From positions 87,358,001 through 87,422,000 of the forward strand of contig NC_043004.1 of assembly GCF_006345805.1 (NCBI RefSeq): a DNA stretch of 64,000 nucleotides, in the 5' to 3' direction. The DNA comes from Octopus sinensis (Eukaryota). Shown here in pieces: positions 1-11,790 of the stretch. A program made the translations under genes and the position numbers. Within the stretch, counting starts at the first letter, position 1, and each line of letters starts with the position of its first letter. The notes below the pieces were generated by a model that saw only the letters and a list, made by a program, of their open reading frames with translations, ran no database searches and was not told the origin of the DNA.

Positions 1-37
1 CAGACACAAACAGGTAAGAGAGAATGAATTGACGGCA

Positions 38-100
<63 letters not shown>

Positions 101-102
<2 letters not shown>

Positions 103-938
103 TCATCCCATAAATAATGCAATTTTTTCAATTGTATAAACTAAAAGTTGGGCAGGGATGGGTTAAACTACCTGCATTAACTTGCTATAAAAGCAGGTAG
201 TAATTTTACTTTGGTTTTATTCTTAGTGCAAGTTTTGAAGAGTGCAGTTCGATTTTAACAGTTATTTTATTAAAGTTATAATGGAAGTGACAAAGGAGCA
301 TATTCAGCATATTTTCCTTTATGAGTTCAATAAAGGCAACAAGTGCAAGGAATATTAATGCAGTATATGGGGATCGGACAATAAGCATAAGCCAGTGTCA
401 GTGGTAGTTCCAGAAATTCCAAGCCAGAAACTACAGCCTAGAAGATGAGCCTCGTCCTGGAAGATCTGTAGAACTCAATGAGGATGTCTTGCAAACCCTG
501 GTGGAGCAAAATCCCATCGTAACTGTTGAACTAGCAGAGGAGCTTGGATTTGGTCATTCAAGATGAAAGGTGCTCTTCCATCAGGACTATGCTCGGCCAC
601 ATACAATGAAGATAACATTACAAACGCTGGGGCAGTTTGAATGGGAAATGATGCCCCACCCAATATATTTGCTGGACATTGCCCCCATCTGATTATCATT
701 TATTCCGCAGTTGGACGGAAAAATATGAATTCTGCAGATGAGGTCAGAACAGTACTGGAGGAGTATTTTTCATTACAGGTAGTGAATCTTGGAAGAGAGA
801 CTTTGCAAGTCTACCACATAGATGGAAGAGCATTGTAGAAAATGAAAGAGAGCATATTTTAAATTAAAAAAGAACTTTATATATTAATTTTGAAAAATAA
901 AAGTATTAAAAAACCGCATTATTTATGGTATGACCCAA
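101..938 (+). mobile_element. Decayed, internally deleted mariner (Tc1/mariner) transposon
   Basis: Terminal inverted repeats: GTCATCCCATAAATAATGC at ~102 and GCATTATTTATGGTATGACCCAA at ~916-938. Broken frames from ATG 281 give MEVTKEHIQHIFLYEFNKGN..NAVYGDRTISISQCQW*FQKF..SLEDEPRPGR (mariner HTH), then FHQDYARPH and PSDYHLF (catalytic motifs). Confidence 0.85.
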
Positions 939-2007
939 TATATATATACACACACACACACATGATCAACCCATGCCTCCATGGAACATATATGTACGAT
1001 GATGATGGTTACAGACTAGATTCAAACTAGGAACCATTGGTATAGATTCAAAGCTTGCAATGTTAGGAGGAAAAAATGCCAAGCCACTTTATCTTATGCC
1101 AGTAAGCAAAATAACACTGAAATGCTAGCAAAATTATGAGTCAGTTATACACCTCTTAGAGAACACATAAATCAAAACTGCTAGTCAAAGCAGAAAATTA
1201 ACAAAATGCTGAGAAATAAAATGTTCTCTGTTCAAATTAAGTTTGGACAATGTACACATTCAAGTATAAGACAGATGATGACCACTGGAGGTTGAACTGA
1301 TTCAAATGTAATGTAGATAAAAATACTGTAAATATATATATATATATATTCTCTAAAGATGAGATTAATGGCCTGAACAACTGGGTGTACATGAAGTGAG
1401 TGAAATAGAGAGAGATAGAGGGAGAAAAAAGGTTCTGTGTGTGTTGAAAATTCTTGTGGTAATAACATTTTGGTTTTGTAATTGACATATTTTCAAATTT
1501 TTGAAAGCAATTTGTTTTTAAGTAGGATTTTTTTTTACTGAAATATATTAAAAACATCTATATATATATATAAAAGGTAATTTTTTATCAACATTGTGAT
1601 TACCAACCAAAATCAATACTAAGTGAACTAATAGCTGTTTTAATTCATCACTGGACTTAGGTACAGCTTTCTCTCACTTTCTCACACCAAGCTAGGAACC
1701 CTGAAAAAGGATTGTGGATGCTGCCTTTTCAACTCTGACTAAGCAATTATAAAATAACAGTGTAACTGGTATAAATATCACTTCATAAGAAATCAACTGA
1801 TTGAAAACAATGATTACACAAATATAAATTTAATTCATACATCTCTTAACCATTAACGAGCACTTAATTTATTACACTGAAAAATGTAAATATCAATTTC
1901 ATGGCAGAACAGCACACATACTAATATCTTATGAACAACATGAAATGTAATCCTTACAATCAGAGACATTATCTATAAACTCATAATTTCACTATTGTGT
2001 AATCTAC

Positions 2008-2190
2008 ATCATCATCATTGTTTAACGTCCGTTCTCCATGCTAGCATGGGTTGGACAGTTCGACTGGGGATCTGGGAAGCCAGAAGGCTGCACCAGGCTC
2101 CAGTCTGATCTGGCAGTGTTTCTACAGCTGGATGCCCTTCCTAACGCCAACCACTCCGTGAGTGTAGTGGGTGCTTTTTACGTGCCACCT
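2008..2190 (-). mobile_element. SINE/RTE-tail repeat with (GAT)n 3' tail
   Basis: CATCATCAT-GTTTAACGTCCG..CCATGCTAGCATGGGTTGGAC..GGATGCCCTTCCTAACGCCAACCAC. Many similar copies occur in this window (e.g. 20265, 43811, 51625, 55842, 62270). Confidence 0.8.
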
Positions 2191-3605
2191 AAATACTTCA
2201 GATCCCACCTACACCCCACTATGGAGTACTATTGTCATATTTAAGACAGGAAATTCTCTTCTGACCACAGACAGCCAAAACTTCTTTGCAATAAATGGTA
2301 AGTTTGTTCAGTTGGCATGCTGAATGTACACCCCAAAACCCATTAGTTGCACTTCTGTTAATCCCAGTGACACAGTGCTACATATCTCCTCTACCACCCA
2401 ACCACTAACCTTTGAATCTTCAAATGAATATTTAGTCTCAGAACTCAAAAAGCTGTGGTACAGCTTATCCTAATCTTTTAGATACTATACAAAACCTAAA
2501 CTCTAGGATCAGACCAAAAGTTGTGTAAGTGTTTGAATGGATTTTTTAAAAAAATCAATTAAAATAAACGTAATTTTGATGATGAATTTTACTTTTAATT
2601 CTTTTGGAGAGGGAGGACATTGTTTACACTAACCCCAGTGTGCAACTGGTACTTATTTTATTGACTCTGAAAGGATGAAAGGCAATCTCAGCAGAATTTG
2701 AACTTAGAACATAAAACTGTAGGAAATGCTGCTAAGCATTTTCTCTGGCATGCTAACAATTCTGCCAGTTCACCCTCATCCTTTAATTTTAATACACACC
2801 TGACACATAACATACACAGTAAATATATATTTGATAAAACATTACATCATAAGATCCCGAGAAGTAACACGAGTTACAATCCAGAGTCCTTACATCCTAT
2901 TTGGAGGACTTAGTTTCAATTTTTGTGTGATGGTAGTGGTGGAGATATATAATGACACTATATCTACTTTTAAAAACTTGGTGGTTACATAGTTTCTTCC
3001 TTTGAACTCGTCTACTACAAAAGTAATACCTATTTCTCATTACCAATTTTAATCTCTGCAAGAAAGAATTTTATTTCAAACACTTTCACACTATTATGGT
3101 CTCTATCCAGACAAATGTCTTGTAACACACTTTTCAGATAGATCATCAATCACATTTGTCTGACACCCTCCAATCTCTGAAGCCCCGCACTTTCAGCAAC
3201 ATCCAGAGATAAAAGATAATACAAGTGAAATTTCTTTTATTAAAAAAAAAAAAAAAGTTAGTGTTAGCTGAATATGAACTATGTACAGCTTATCACAAAC
3301 ACATATTACTAGCTTTAAAAAATACTAATAAAAAAAGAAAAATTAGGACTAAAAATCTCAAAAAACATCTTGGAAAAAAACTGATAAATCCTTATAATGA
3401 ATGACTAATAAATTGCATCACATTATTCTACAAATTATTATATACAAATACACATTTATACATACATATGAGCATATACAGGAATAGAGTTTTTTATACA
3501 CAAGTATAGTATAGAGAATACTATGATAAAACATGTTTATCCCTATATGCATCAAAACAAGAAGCAAAATATAAAAGTACATTATTGAAAAGACATTTAA
3601 AATAC

Positions 3606-3671
3606 CTAAAATGTTGCATGTGCCATTCGTCATTGTGGTTTCTCATTTTGGTCTTGACCTCAACAGGAGAC
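3606..3671 (-). CDS. Candidate SREK1-like exon 8 or cassette exon (66 nt, phase 2-2)
   Basis: Acceptor tttattatttcctag and donor AG|gtattt. It reads in frame from exon 7: (R)SPVEVKTKMRNHNDEWHMQHF(R). I recognise no family similarity. Confidence 0.35.
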
Positions 3672-4598
3672 CTAGGAAATAATAAACTGTTTTACTAAGC
3701 AATAGAATGCCCCACCCACCCTACTGGCATGATAGTGATAATATATGGAAGCAAGCTGTCTCTAGCATCAAGGCTTATATGTCACTTTTTGTTTTTTCTT
3801 GAAAGGTTTCATTATCATGAATTTTAGATATTTGTAAATGTTTTCTGATTCCCAATTTCTCTTTTGATTTATCAGATGATCTCATAATTGTCAGATGTAG
3901 ACTACAATGCTCATCTAACTTAAATATTTACAATCATCATCATCATCATCATATTAGAATGTTTTTCTTTGTTAACATGTGTTAGATCTTCAAAACATCA
4001 AAATCTCTCTCAATCTCGTATCATTTTGACTTTGGGACATAACAGTCTTCTATCTGACCTCACCAATTCTTTGGTCTTTCCCTGCCATAGCACCATTCCT
4101 TCCACTTACATGGAGAGAATCCACATCAATATCAACCCAACAATGCACACATCAGCTAACATCAACCTATTTTCTCAACTTGTAATGCGGTTTTTGTGCA
4201 AGTTAATTTCATATATTCAACAAAACATATTCACTCAAGTCTTCATAATTTTTCTGTATTTAATTGCATGTATTATTACCATGAATAACAAATTATCTAT
4301 ACATTTTTTTATAGAGTCAGTTCTTTTCCTGGAAAGACAGACATTTTGTTGTTAACAGCAAACTTCCTCCAGGCAAAATAGATGTGAATTACTAAGTAGA
4401 TAAAAATACAAATAAATTTGTAATCCTTGACACTAATCACATTACAAGCATTAATGAAACTATTTTAAGTTGCTCTCACCATATAAACCTGGTTGTAGAT
4501 ACCAGTCTAATTTCATATTAAAATAATTGCTATACGATTGAGTAGCAACATCTAATTGTGAGACAGGAGCATCTATTTCAAGAAAATTTAATAATATT

Positions 4599-4812
4599 GG
4601 TTTCAAATTTTGGCACATGACCAACAATTTCAGGGGAGGGGATAAGTCAATTGGATTTACCCCAGTAATCAACTGGTACTTATTTTATTGGCCCTGAAAG
4701 GATGAAAGGCAAATTCAACCTCAGTGGAATTTGAACTCAGAATGTAGTAAGTGACAAAATGCCACTAAGCAATTTGCCCAACGTACTAACAATTCTGTCA
4801 GCTTACTGCCTT
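4599..4812 (-). mobile_element. tRNA-derived SINE (Meta-domain-like) with ~18-bp TSD
   Basis: Minus strand: GGCAGTAAGCTGACAGAA..TTCTGAGTTCAAATTCC (B box)..GCCTTTCATCCTTTC..TTTGAAACC. Flanked by AGAAAATTTA(A/G)TAATATT at 4581-4598 and 4813-4830. Confidence 0.8.
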
Positions 4813-5764
4813 AGAAAATTTAGTAATATTAAAATTCACACCATTCAACACTGTTTAGTATAGGTGTTGCTAGAGAAACTAATTATACATTAATTCATAA
4901 AAATACCATTATGCTAATACATATGTACATCATCATCCCCGTTTAACATCCATCTTTCACGCATGCATGGGTAGGATGGTTGACAGGAGCCAGCCAAGTA
5001 GAAAAACTACCCAAGGCTACTGTGTCTGTTTTGGCAGGGATTTTACTGCTGGATGTCCTTCCTAACACCAACCACTCCACCGAGTGGACTGAGTGTTTTT
5101 TTACATGGCACTAGCACAGGTGAGGTCAGTTGTGGCATGATTTTTATAGTTGGATGCCCTTCCAAATACCAACCATGTTACAGTGTGGACTAGGTGCTTT
5201 TAATGTGATACCAGCACTGGCAGAGTAACCAAGTAACTTGCAAGACAAGGAATTTTGAGAGGGGCAGGGGCATTTGAGGTGAAGAACTTGTGTCAGAGGA
5301 TGAAAGGTTAGACTGTGACAAAGAGACAGAGAGACAGAAGCAGGTGTCTTGTCACAACAGAGGAGGCATTAGAGGAGGTGATCCAGTATCAGATGATGAA
5401 AGGTTAGAGCAAAGAAATAAAGAGGCAGAAATAGGTGTCTTGCTATAGAGGCAGTATGGTTACCTAGAGAGACGAGATAAAGAGTGAGAGAGAGGTACAA
5501 GAAAGAGGCCAGAAACAAGTGTGCTGATGTAAGGAGATACATGTATGTATATTTTTTGTCTGACTAATAATGCAATGTAATCCAATATTATTGGCATGTC
5601 AAATAATAAGCCTTATGCAGAGATTGACTTGCAACACAAATTATGCATGCATTGATGCTAGAGACAGAATTATCCCTTTTCTGTCAATGATGGTGCACAG
5701 AGAATTTTAATGAGCGTGTGGAAACAGTGTGAACATCAGTGCAAAGCAGTGTATGGTTTCTCAC

Positions 5765-6032
5765 CTGGATCTAGTTCTATGATGACGAGGCCTGGAATGT
5801 GATCTTGACCTACGAGGAGACCTTTTCCTTGATCTGGATCGGCGACCTCTAGAGACAGAACGACGTCGAGAACGTGATCTTGAGTGTCTTTTGGGGCTGG
5901 GCCTTGGTCTTGAGCGGGACCTTGAGCGGGTCCTTGTACGGCGTTTAGGTTTGGACTTAGATCGAGAACGAGAATGACGCCTGTGGCTTTTTGATTTGGA
6001 CCGAGAACGGCTTCTCTTTTTATCTGTGATTT
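5765..6032 (-). CDS. SREK1: SREK1/SRSF11-like exon 7, RS domain
   Basis: Acceptor ttttcag, phase 1 in: (E)ITDKKRSRSRSKSKSHRRHSRSRS...HHRTRS. Donor AG|gtgaga; read-through instead gives a stop at 5761-5763. Confidence 0.92.
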
Positions 6033-7481
6033 CTGAAAATGGAAACAAGACAATGCATGAGAACTGACAAAAAATTTCTTTCATATATAGAGTGGGTTTG
6101 AGAACAGAAAGATAGATTTCTTATCATGGCTAAAAATGATTTGTCTTAGAAAACATGGCTGAGTGCCAATGACTAAAGATTTTAAAGTTATTTTTGGCAA
6201 GAGATAACTTCTTAGAAGAAATGGTTAAGTGCAATTTCCAGACACATGTCTAGAGGCCAAACCTCAGTCTCTAAATCCTGTATATCTTAGCCAAAGGACC
6301 ATCTTCAAAGCTGTTTTATTCATAACTGGTTGCCCTTGATAGGCACTACCACCCTGGACAAGAGCAGACATAAAAGTAGTGGTGATTAAGGGGTAAGCCC
6401 ACACACCACAGAACTCCTGAACTTCCCAACTGGAGTCACACAACTGGATGCAGTTTCAGGTCTTCCCCACAACTACATTTAAAATCACTGAATTCACACA
6501 GCCATTTTACTGACATAAACACATAAATACCATCTATTTTCTCTCTCCCTATCTATCTTTAAGACACCTATCTCTCATCATCATCTCTATCCCCCTATTA
6601 TACTATATAGCCTCTCAACCAGCACAAATTCGCTGACTCTGCTAGTGTTCGTGCCACATAAAAAGCACAGTACATTCAGTAAAGTGGTTGGTGTTAGGGA
6701 GGATATCCATATGTAGAAACCATGCCAAAGAGGACAACAGAGCCTGGTGCAGTTCTGTAGTTTGTCAGCTCCTATCAAACCATCCACCCCATACCAGATG
6801 GCTGTTAAATGATGATGATAATGTAACAGGAGAAAAGCTAATGACAAGAGCTTCTGTGTAGTTGCACTACCTGCTATGTATCCCCCAAATTACACCTTAT
6901 GCTTCATAAAAGAAAAAGAAATAATGATAATATAGCCTTAGATACACTATGTTGAACCCCTTGCAGATGGATTTAGTACTGAGTCTGTGCTGTGTACTGG
7001 TATTAGGCCATTCAGTAACTACACAACTTTTCATACAAAGAATTTTACAGTGTATTTACAGATTCTTCTTAGTGTGGTATACTTGAAAACACGGTGCCAC
7101 ACAGAGTGAGACATCGCACGGCTCACACACACAGTGTTTCAATGCAGTCAGTATTGCTTCCTGTCTGCAAAGGCTTAAATAAAAGACAATGGTCATAAAT
7201 GAAAAACTTTTGGTTATTGGTCTTCCAGATCAAGAATAACTTGACTTGAAACAACATCAAGAAGAATGTTTGGAAAAGTACAGCAAAAGCAAAATAAAAT
7301 TAAAAAAAAACAACCTTGTATGTTTACTTATTTATATTGAAATCTGAGTCAAAAGCTATATATACCTTTTGCTTCTCCATTTCCTTTTGCACTACAGTTA
7401 ATTTCCACTATTAATTACCATGTAATTAACTAATTAATTATTCATACTCAAGGAAGAAGAAAAAAATGAAGGTGTATTTAC

Positions 7482-7612
7482 CTGGCTCTACAGCAGCTAG
7501 TATAAGAGACTGGGCCTCTTTTACTTTTTTCATAGCTTCCTCCAGTTCCCTCTGTGCTGTTTCTTGGTTTTTGTTCACTGGTTTCACAATGGAACTATTA
7601 GCATGGCTAACC
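7482..7612 (-). CDS. SREK1: SREK1/SRSF11-like exon 6
   Basis: (K)VSHANSSIVKPVNKNQETAQRELEEAMKKVKEAQSLILAAVEP resembles the SREK1 motif AIVKP..ELEEVMKRVREAQS..AAIEP. GT-AG, phases 2/1. Confidence 0.93.
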
Positions 7613-8413
7613 CTGAAAACATTTTGAAATACGTTGTACTTATTAAATACATTAGAAAAATAAGTCTCAAACTAAGGGAAAGCCAATTCACATGGAATAT
7701 ATCTTCAGCTGAAATGAGCAAGTTACTAGTCTATTTTTTCTCCAGTTGAGAGCAACAGGAAGTTTTTATATCTCTGTAGCATAACATTTGACTAACATTG
7801 AATTTGATATGCCAGGATATTCATTTAGCTGTAGAAAAGCATTTTGACTACCTAAAATAATTGCCAAAATCAGTAAAAGATGTGTGGAGAGCAATGAGAA
7901 TGTGTGTGAATGTGTGCGCGTACATAATTCTTTCACTGATTTTGGTCTTAAAACTAGGGCACTGTCTTCAAGGGCTTCAGTCTAAGGTATTCATTTCATT
8001 GATCTGCGTCTTGGGGTACAGGTGTAAAGGGACATAACCCAATAGCTGAATAGCACAAAACTATCACATGGTATTCTTTTTTGATTTTTCCATATTCTCA
8101 TTCACAAGGCTACGAGAGAAAGAAGACACTTGCCCAAGGTGCAGTGCATTTGGATGAACCTTGAAAGCCTGTGTCTGTACTCGTGAGTGCACGATGGAAA
8201 ATGAAAATGGAATGTTATGACAAGCAGTTTTATTTATTGATATGTAAATTACATATTTAATCAAGGTAGTTAAAAGTTAATAATCAATTTCATGTTCATT
8301 GAAATTCAAATTTCATAGCATCAGACAATAATGCAATTTTTTTTTTCTTTTCTTTACAAACACCAAAACTGAATTAAAATACAAAATATCAACCAAAAAA
8401 AAAATCAACTCAC

Positions 8414-8589
8414 TTGATAGGTCGCCCACCTAACATGGTGTTGTTATAGGTGAGAACGGTAGCAACCGCTCGCTGGTCAGTGAACTCTACAAAGGCACAA
8501 CGGGTTGGCATGTTCTCCTCGCCAGCCATACGGACATACTTCACTTCACCCACTTGACTGAAGAAAGCTAAAAGTTGTTCAGCAGTTAC
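8414..8589 (-). CDS. SREK1: SREK1/SRSF11-like exon 5, RRM2 core
   Basis: VTAEQLLAFFSQVGEVKYVRMAGEENMPTRCAFVEFTDQRAVATVLTYNNTMLGGRPI. Acceptor ttacag, donor gtgagt, phases 0/2. Confidence 0.95.
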
Positions 8590-8632
8590 CTGTAATAATA
8601 GAAGAAAAAAAACATGACCCAAAGATGTTTAA

Positions 8633-9030
8633 TCCTTTCATTACTAGCCCAGCCACAGCTGGTTAATATTACCAAATCACCCAAAACGACCTGTTCATAT
8701 TTTAATGAGAATTTCAGTACAAATCTCATTAGTACATTTGAGAAAACATGGTTTCACTAAGTAAACAATTAAGTTACACTTTCCACCAATATTGTACAAG
8801 GTGTCTGAGTGTTACAAAGTTTTAGAGACTTTTTCTCATTTTTTCCATTTTGATTTTCTGGAATGTTCTACTCTCGATGAAAAATGGATACCAGTTTCAA
8901 GCTGTTGAGCAAACTTGTTGATAAATAAAAAAAGTTGTTTTATTAAACCAGTCTAAATTCATGATTATTTTAGAATATAAGTGAAACACATAATGGGTGT
9001 ATTTTGGTTGGAAATATAGTAATGAAAGGG
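8633..9030 (+). mobile_element. Non-autonomous piggyBac-type element (older relative of 47190-48274)
   Basis: TTAA TSDs at 8629-8632 and 9031-9034. TIRs TCCTTTCATTAC / GTAATGAAAGGG. The subterminal sequence resembles the 47-48 kb element. Confidence 0.75.
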
Positions 9031-10283
9031 TTAAGCAAGATTTCTATACATGATGTATTTTACAGGCGAAAGAAATATGTAAAACAATCTTGCATTGATT
9101 TTGATGACAGAACATTGTAATTTCAAAGATCAGTCAATATATTCACAGACTGAATTTCCTGGGCAAGTGTTTTCTACAATAGATCTGGGCCAACCAAAAC
9201 TTCATGAGTGGATTTGGTAGAAGCAAACTGAAAGAAGCTCATCATATATATAATGACTACGCAAATCATACTAATACAACACCACCAGTTTATGCATGTC
9301 ACCAGCCTCTCCTATATATCTGAACAACAATAACATCTTTGTTCCATCTCCCATTTCTCTATGGTATTTTGGAGGTCCTAACTCCAGAATACCAAAGAAA
9401 TATGAAGTAAAACTTTGACTGTTCTTCTGTTTTCACTTTTGTATTTCATTTCACATTGCTTTACCTTTGACAAATCTTAAACACACACATGGAGGCACAT
9501 GGCTTAGTGATTAAAGTGTAAGATTCATGATCATAAGATTATTATTTCAATTCTCGGACTGGGCGATGTGTTGAGCAAAACACTTCATCTCACATTGCTC
9601 CAGCTCAGCCAGCTGGCAAAAGTGAGTATTCCTGCAATGGACTGGCATCCTGTCCAGGGGGAATATATACACCACAGAAACCAGAAACAAACCATATGAG
9701 TATATGACTCAGAAAAGAACTTTATCATTTTTATTTTATGTACATACACACACACACACACTTATGTATGTATGTACGTACGTTTGTATGTATGTATGTA
9801 GGTATGTACGTACGTACGTTTGTATGTATGTGTATCTGTGTGAGTGGCCTCAAATTTCCCTCATCTTCACCTACTTTTGCTGGTTGTAAATAACATCCTT
9901 ACTGTTCATGTGGTTGTGCCATTTGCTTACAGTGCGCCATAAAGTATGTCTGAGCTTCTCAACGTTGCATGACCTTTATAAACAAAAGGTTCATTCATTC
10001 AGTGTTGTTTATTTCCAATTCTTCACATAACCATGTACAGGCTATTTGCTGTTTTGACAGACAGGAGACTATTACTTCGCTTAGAAACAAGTGAAGGCAA
10101 GCAGCAAGAAGAGCATCCTGCCATAGAAAACTTTGACCCAACATACCCTTGTCTGACCCATGCAAGCTGGAGAAGCAGATGTTAACACAAAATGGTCCAT
10201 CGCCACTCTGGATAGATAAGGAAATATTCAAAATGAAAAATCATCACACAATAAAACAAATATATTTAAGTAACGTAACTCAC

Positions 10284-10439
10284 AGAGCTATCTATATTAA
10301 ACACATAGACAGTTCGTCTAATTTCCTCTATTTTGCTGGGGTCTGTGGTTCCTGGAAGAGGTGGATACTGAGCTAAACCAAGAGCAGTCAAACGAGGATC
10401 ATAAGTGGTAATAACTTGTCCATTTCCTTGACCAGTCAT
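10284..10439 (-). CDS. SREK1: SREK1/SRSF11-like exon 4 (linker and RRM2 start)
   Basis: MTGQGNGQVITTYDPRLTALGLAQYPPLPGTTDPSKIEEIRRTVYVFNIDSS, containing the family hallmark DPSKI.EIRRTVYV. 156 nt, phases 0/0. Not in the ORF track. Confidence 0.93.
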
Positions 10440-11145
10440 CTAAAAATTAAAAGGATAATATAAATCACAAAATTGTATTTGATAGAAGTGAGACAATGTA
10501 GATGTGAAAAGCCAAAACTGTATAAGCAAAAATGTTCAGTGATGTTTTGGGTTACTTTATATAACAGCTGATCATTCTATGCTATTGAGTGAGAGAGGAA
10601 ACTGTGTCTTCTCTGAAAAGTAGTCAACAAACTATGAAACAGTCAGTCAGGAAACTACCTTATCTCTTTCTACTCACGAAAAGAATAGGAGTGTGCTTAC
10701 ATTCTTATATTCTTCTCAAAACCAGGCTTTCCATTTACACACACACATATGCATGCATATACACATCTACACACACTCATACACGTATACGCACTATCAT
10801 CATTCAATCATTTACTGTCCGATTCCCATGCTAGCATGTGTTGGACATATGTATACATATAAATAGGTGGTCTATCTTATTACTCTTTTCTCAAAGAAAT
10901 AATTAGAAAATAGAAAAGCAAATTAACTACTACCCCTTCCTGAGGTAATGTCCATTAAAACTCTCTCTCTCTCCATATGAACTTGTACTCCATACCCTAT
11001 CCCTATTATTACCAACATCAAATATTGCAATATACCATTGGATAAAAGCAATGTTTATCATATATAAAGTTCAACATGTGATTATGTGAAAGGAAAAATT
11101 ATATACTTCTACCAACACAACTAAAGAAAGAAGACCATCACATAC

Positions 11146-11246
11146 CTGGCTGACAACATTACTAGGCCACGTTGGTTGGCCAGGAATCATTCCAGCTATA
11201 GCTGAAGGTGCAAGCTGCAGAGCGGTAGTTTCATCTGGAATTTTCC
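11146..11246 (-). CDS. SREK1: SREK1/SRSF11-like exon 3
   Basis: (G)KIPDETTALQLAPSAIAGMIPGQPTWPSNVVSQ. Acceptor ttcttctccag, donor CAG|gtatg, phases 1/0. Confidence 0.92.
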
Positions 11247-11406
11247 CTGGAGAAGAAAGAAATGAATATAAGATGGGTAATTTTAAAAAAATTATGGTAT
11301 TTTTGAAAATAACATTTATAACATTGTTTTGATTACTTAAAATATTAGCTCCATTTATTTATTAAAATATAACAGCTTTAATGAAATTTGATGATTTATT
11401 TGAGAA

Positions 11407-11790
11407 GGTGCAAGCATGGCTGGGTGTGCAGGTGCCAGTGTGGTCGAGAAACTTGCTTCCCAATCATTGTGGTTTGGGTTCAGCCCCAATGCATGAGACC
11501 TTGGGCAAGTGACTTCTGCTATAATTTGGAGTCTACCAAAGCCTTGTGAATGGATTTGAGAGACGGAAACTGAAAGAAACCCACCATGTGTGTATGTACC
11601 TTTGTATTGATATCATGTGATGGTCATAAATGAGCATCATACAAGCGGTGTTGTTCATGTAAAACATGCCCAGAAAAAATTAGCTTGCTTGGAAACAGGT
11701 GAGGGTTGGTAACAAGAAGGGCATTTGACCATAGAAAATCTGCCTCAACAAATTGACCCTACAAGCTTGGGAAAGTGGATGTTAATTGAT
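11407..11790 (+). mobile_element. CORE-like tRNA-derived SINE
   Basis: GGTTCAGCCCC B-box-like segment followed by ACCTTGGGCAAGTG (CORE-like) and GTGGATTTG..GAAACTGAAAGAA. Related copies at 48907, 54010, 55130, 60864 and 61395. Confidence 0.65.

Noticed and set aside
5560-5750. Possible H/ACA snoRNA after exon 7
   Set aside because: Only short stems and an ACA are present. I found no convincing two-hairpin architecture with an H box or pseudouridylation pockets.
5736-6053. Overlapping 105-aa ORF with QGPA repeats
   Set aside because: It is an alternate frame of the RS-domain exon. Splice phases select the RS frame.
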